Part shown: one piece after another, positions 16,487-20,000 of the stretch
Position numbering within the stretch: the first letter of the stretch is position 1
How the letters are laid out: each line of letters opens with the position of its first letter
Source: an uncultured virus (IMG/VR IMGVR_UViG_3300042673_001922)
Lineage: Duplodnaviria > Heunggongvirae > Uroviricota > Caudoviricetes
IMG/VR virus record: IMGVR_UViG_3300042673_001922
Coordinates: 117,776 to 137,775 of that record
Direction: 5' to 3' (one strand)
DNA length: 20,000 bases
Made by a program: the position numbers and the translations under genes
Notes under the pieces: model-generated
The model's input: the letters and a program-made list of their open reading frames with translations, nothing else
Databases searched by the model: none
Told to the model about the DNA's origin: nothing

Positions 16487-18331
16487 TTAAAATGGATTAT
16501 CGTAATCAATAACAGGATCATAAGAATAACTATGATTTTTGTCATGAGAATTTTTATTGTAGTTTTCAACATGAAACTTATTAAAATTATCAAATGAAAC
16601 AGGAGTAAAACTAATAGTTGGAGAAGAGTCTGGAGCAAAATTAATTATTGCACAAGATTTACAAACTCCAAATACATCTATATCAAAAGTTTCATCATCG
16701 TTTAATGGAACAGTCATTGTAGTTTTGGGGCATTCAATAGAATCTTCTAAGAGATTATTCTTAAGAATTCCACAAGGACAAACATAAGATTTTGCTTTGC
16801 AATTGTTACAGAAATAAATTTTATTTATATTTGTACTAGCAAATGGTTCATCTCCAGAGTAATCTAGAAATGGAACAGAAACAATTTGCTCAAATGCTTG
16901 AGATTCTAAAATAGATTTTTTACAAGTATTGCAAGAGTAACACTCAAGAGAGTTATCCTTAGCATATTGCTCTACACAGTTTTGACAAATAGTGGATTCG
17001 GAATCTTCAGGATGCCAAACTTCTTTAATTACTTTGTTGGTACCGCTGTCTGCCCAGTCTTCGCCACATGTGTCGCAGGAAACAATAGTATCAAATGTCT
17101 TATGATAATACTCATTAGAAGTTTCAACATAATAAACAGAGTCATCATCTACATTGAAATGGGCATCAACCGATTTGATGTGAATAAAATACTCTTCGAA
17201 ACATCCTTGACAAATTGAATTTTCATAATAATCTTTATTTTCATATTCATCTTTCTCATAAGATTCTCCACAAGCATCGCAATTAAAATAAGCTGTTTCA
17301 GGAAGATTTGTATGATCAGTAGGTGAATCAAGTAAAGAAGAGTTAGAAAAAATAGAAGATCCAGTTTTATTCTTAATGTCTTCAGAAGACTGAAATGTAT
17401 TATTTAATAAAGAGTTTTTCTTAGATGCGCTATTGTAAGATAGTGCAAAGTAAGAAAGAACAGACTCAGAAGCAAGTTCTTTGTCCGGGCGGATCACAGC
17501 ATTGATAGGTTTGGTTTTAGTACTATCATGATAGTATGCTTGGTAATCGCCAACTAAAGCGTCAGCAAAAGTTAAATGCTGACCGTTAGGGTCATGCTTA
17601 TCTTGATTATCCATTGATTCTACAAGAACTGGTATCCAAAGAGATTCATCTAAGGTCCATGCATAACCTTCATTATTAGATTTATCTTGCCATTCAGTAG
17701 GGTTTGATAAATAAGATGGTTTATTATTTTCAATATAAAAACGAGTTCCATCAGTCTCAGACATGTTAGCATCGTTGTAAGTTTCTACACCTGAACAACG
17801 CTCAATAAACCTTGAAATTCTCTCATTAAGTGGAAGTTCAGACCAATCTTCATTCCTATATAAACAAATCCATCCAACACCATTTCCGCGATAACCCTTG
17901 CAATTAATGTTTGGAAGATTTACATGGTAAAGCTTTTGAGTAGGATGAGTTATAGGATAAGGAGAGTAGAACATCCTTGCACCTAAAAGGTTGCCATGTT
18001 CCATATCGCAGATAATAATACGATATGGTTGAGCAACGTAGTACGCTGTTGCAGGAGCACCCTCTGCAGCAGCCCAGTTTACGTGATATAAACCTGGCTT
18101 ATGCTGATAGGCAAACTGGCTATAAGTGCCAGCTGTGCGAATTGAAAGGGTTCCAGTTCCGTCTACTGGAAGTAGTCCGGTATCCCAAGCAGCATACTGA
18201 GAGAAATGAGAATAAAAAGAAACAATATCTTTTTCGGTAACATGGTCAAGGTTAAAAGACTTGACAGTAGATTGAACGGATATATTCCCCTCTTCTTTAT
18301 GAACAATGGAATAGTTTATTTTATCAGACAT
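16487..18331 (-). CDS. Prokaryotic E2-like domain (Prok-E2_D-like) fused to tandem CxxC Zn-finger repeats, paralog 1
   Basis: DTGLLP, YYVAQPYRIII, RMFYSPYPITHPTQKLYHVNLPNIN...VGWICLY; the C-terminal half has CDAC, CQGC, CDTC, CQNC, CNTC, CNNC, CPC and CKSC. Confidence 0.7.
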   Translation of the reverse strand: MSDKINYSIVHKEEGNISVQSTVKSFNLDHVTEKDIVSFYSHFSQYAAWDTGLLPVDGTGTLSIRTAGTYSQFAYQHKPGLYHVNWAAAEGAPATAYYVAQPYRIIICDMEHGNLLGARMFYSPYPITHPTQKLYHVNLPNINCKGYRGNGVGWICLYRNEDWSELPLNERISRFIERCSGVETYNDANMSETDGTRFYIENNKPSYLSNPTEWQDKSNNEGYAWTLDESLWIPVLVESMDNQDKHDPNGQHLTFADALVGDYQAYYHDSTKTKPINAVIRPDKELASESVLSYFALSYNSASKKNSLLNNTFQSSEDIKNKTGSSIFSNSSLLDSPTDHTNLPETAYFNCDACGESYEKDEYENKDYYENSICQGCFEEYFIHIKSVDAHFNVDDDSVYYVETSNEYYHKTFDTIVSCDTCGEDWADSGTNKVIKEVWHPEDSESTICQNCVEQYAKDNSLECYSCNTCKKSILESQAFEQIVSVPFLDYSGDEPFASTNINKIYFCNNCKAKSYVCPCGILKNNLLEDSIECPKTTMTVPLNDDETFDIDVFGVCKSCAIINFAPDSSPTISFTPVSFDNFNKFHVENYNKNSHDKNHSYSYDPVIDYDNPF

Positions 18332-18346
18332 ATAAAAACCTCGTTG

Positions 18347-18736
18347 TTATAGTTCGATTATATTAGAAAGATCTTCGTCAATCTCGTTTGAATAATCAGA
18401 AAAAGTAGTGGTAAACCAAATAGGATCGGCTTCAAGAAGTTTAAGAACATTCATTCTAGATTTAAGATCTTCTTGAATATTAACAAGATCAGCAAGACGA
18501 TCAATAGCTTTAGCCATCTTCTTTAAATCAGATTTTTGATTGGTAGCTCTCAATACAAAATGTAGAACAGGAACATCGTCATAAACAAAATGTTCTATTA
18601 TTTTATTTACTCTAGAGTTAACTTGTTCAAGTTGAGATTCAAGATTCTTTTGAGCTGTTTTACCAGCAGCAAAAGAAAATGGAAACTTATCAATAGCAGT
18701 AATTCCTTGTGGAATTTTTTCTGGATAAGAATTCAT
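18347..18736 (-). CDS. Hypothetical helical protein
   Basis: 129 aa ORF with an ATGA overlap with the upstream gene. Confidence 0.7.
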   Translation of the reverse strand: MNSYPEKIPQGITAIDKFPFSFAAGKTAQKNLESQLEQVNSRVNKIIEHFVYDDVPVLHFVLRATNQKSDLKKMAKAIDRLADLVNIQEDLKSRMNVLKLLEADPIWFTTTFSDYSNEIDEDLSNIIEL

Positions 18737-18963
18737 CGTTTAGGCTTTCTCGAGTTACTAAATATCTCTTTAGCATATTGCTTTAGGGATAAAGATGTTG
18801 TGATTAAAGTTGCAGCACTTACAGCTATTCGAGTAAGAAGCTTAGCAAGATGGGCTTCATCAATTATAAATTTAGATGAAGAAGGAGTTGCTCCAATGTC
18901 AAAATAACATTCTTGCAAATAAGTTTTTATTTTTTCGTGTAACTCTTTGTTAGCTATGTTCAT
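18733..18963 (-). CDS. Hypothetical protein
   Basis: 76 aa ORF coupled to the next gene by a 4-nt overlap. Confidence 0.55.
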   Translation of the reverse strand: MNIANKELHEKIKTYLQECYFDIGATPSSSKFIIDEAHLAKLLTRIAVSAATLITTSLSLKQYAKEIFSNSRKPKR

Positions 18964-19033
18964 ATCACTCGTACCTTTTTAGGTTGTTGGTTTAAGAATA
19001 GCAATAAATGCTATTTGTTTATTTATGTATAAA

Positions 19034-19489
19034 CTATGCTAATTGAGCTTTAGCTGAACGATACTTGTTACCGTCAGAACCAAAATAGTTAGAAACTATT
19101 TCAAAAGCAAGGATAAATAAGAGTGGAAAAATAGAGAATAAATTATAGTAAAAATTAAATATTATAAAGAATAAAGTAAAAAGAATAGCAAAAGCCGGAC
19201 CGGCAATTAAGACTGCTGGAGAATCTTTTATGTTTAAATTTTTAATCCTTGTAATTCCAATAACAAATGGAAATAAAGGAATAAAGTATGGGAGATCAGG
19301 ATTTGCTTTTCTTTTGCGCGCAACAAAATAATGGCCAAGCTCGTGAACGAACAAGGCCATAATCATTACGAAAATTACAGGGTTATTAAAAATAGCATAA
19401 TTAATACCTGCAGTACCCATAAGGGTACCTATCATTAAAAAAAAATGAGATAATGTTTTTCTATTTGTTTTTTGAAAATATCTCTTCAA
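19034..19489 (-). CDS. Minimal site-2 protease (M50) family membrane metallopeptidase
   Basis: Hydrophobic segment ending in HELGHYFVAR, PYFIP, VLIAGP, and a C-terminal N-Y-F-G-S-D-G; several predicted TM segments. Confidence 0.75.
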   Translation of the reverse strand: MKRYFQKTNRKTLSHFFLMIGTLMGTAGINYAIFNNPVIFVMIMALFVHELGHYFVARKRKANPDLPYFIPLFPFVIGITRIKNLNIKDSPAVLIAGPAFAILFTLFFIIFNFYYNLFSIFPLLFILAFEIVSNYFGSDGNKYRSAKAQLA

Positions 19490-20000
19490 TGTTCCTCTCC
19501 AAAGTCTCTTTTAAGTTATCGTGATCCTTCGTAAAGTGCTTGATGTACAAATCATTAATCACTTGAGATGAATCAGTAATAGTTTCGGAGTCTTTAGTTA
19601 GGTCGCAAAGATCTTCATTAATTTCAGTGCCACTTACTTGACAAAGAGACTTGTACAATGCAACCTCATGCCAGAATGTGTGAACTTGAATGTTATAATA
19701 ACTTCTAAAAAACATAGCAAAATAGTTTTTTGTAAAATTAATATCTTCAGAATTAGCTTTAATAACTGTATCTGCAGTATCGCTATTTAAAACAATGTTG
19801 AGAAAACTAATAATAGTCTTCTTACGAGCAAGAGATTCTTTGCAAAGTTCTATGCGATGGCGATAAACAAATTGACCATTTGTAATTAATACAAGTTCAT
19901 TTAGAATAGCGGAAGTATTTGCTTCTCGGTATCCCTGATTAACCCACTCGTGAGCAGCACGGTAAAAAGCTTCGCTGAAATTTACCTTGAGTGAAGAATC
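19461..20000 (-). CDS. Hypothetical protein, 5'-truncated by the window edge
   Basis: The frame of ORF 19461-19715 stays open for 95 more codons to nt 20000 (DSSLKVNFSEAFYRAAHEWVNQG...). Confidence 0.7.
   Translation of the reverse strand, partial: DSSLKVNFSEAFYRAAHEWVNQGYREANTSAILNELVLITNGQFVYRHRIELCKESLARKKTIISFLNIVLNSDTADTVIKANSEDINFTKNYFAMFFRSYYNIQVHTFWHEVALYKSLCQVSGTEINEDLCDLTKDSETITDSSQVINDLYIKHFTKDHDNLKETLERNIEEIFSKNK

Noticed and set aside
1124..18907. Other short + strand ORFs (1124, 1245, 4442, 12097, 12719, 13108, 15477, 15726, 16967, 18025, 18590) and nested - strand ORFs (12738, 14044, 16453, 17149)
   Set aside because: They lie within longer, better-supported genes and have no motifs of their own

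Overview
AT-rich, densely packed window that looks like part of a large or jumbo bacteriophage genome. It has many short hypothetical genes and a phage-like set: tRNA-Arg(UCU), SSB, KTSC, UDG-like, MerR-like HTH and a stand-alone HslV-like protease. One + strand gene at the left edge converges on about 19 kb of - strand genes. The main feature is an apparent ubiquitin-like protein-conjugation cassette: E2-like/Zn-finger fusion (16487-18331), JAB/JAMM peptidase (14772-16445), ThiF/E1 (14024-14779), beta-grasp Ubl ending in AGEKG (13753-14010), a terminator-like hairpin, and a Ycf46-like AAA+ ATPase (12031-13644). Two more E2-like paralogs follow (8002-9372, 6867-8009), with a Thr1 Ntn protease further downstream (2928-3536). 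Together they suggest a phage-encoded tag/unfold/degrade system. Other observations: a frameshift-split HExxH metallopeptidase at the left edge, a catalytically degenerate family-4 UDG, and a minimal M50 protease. All family calls come from motif recognition by eye; no searches were run.
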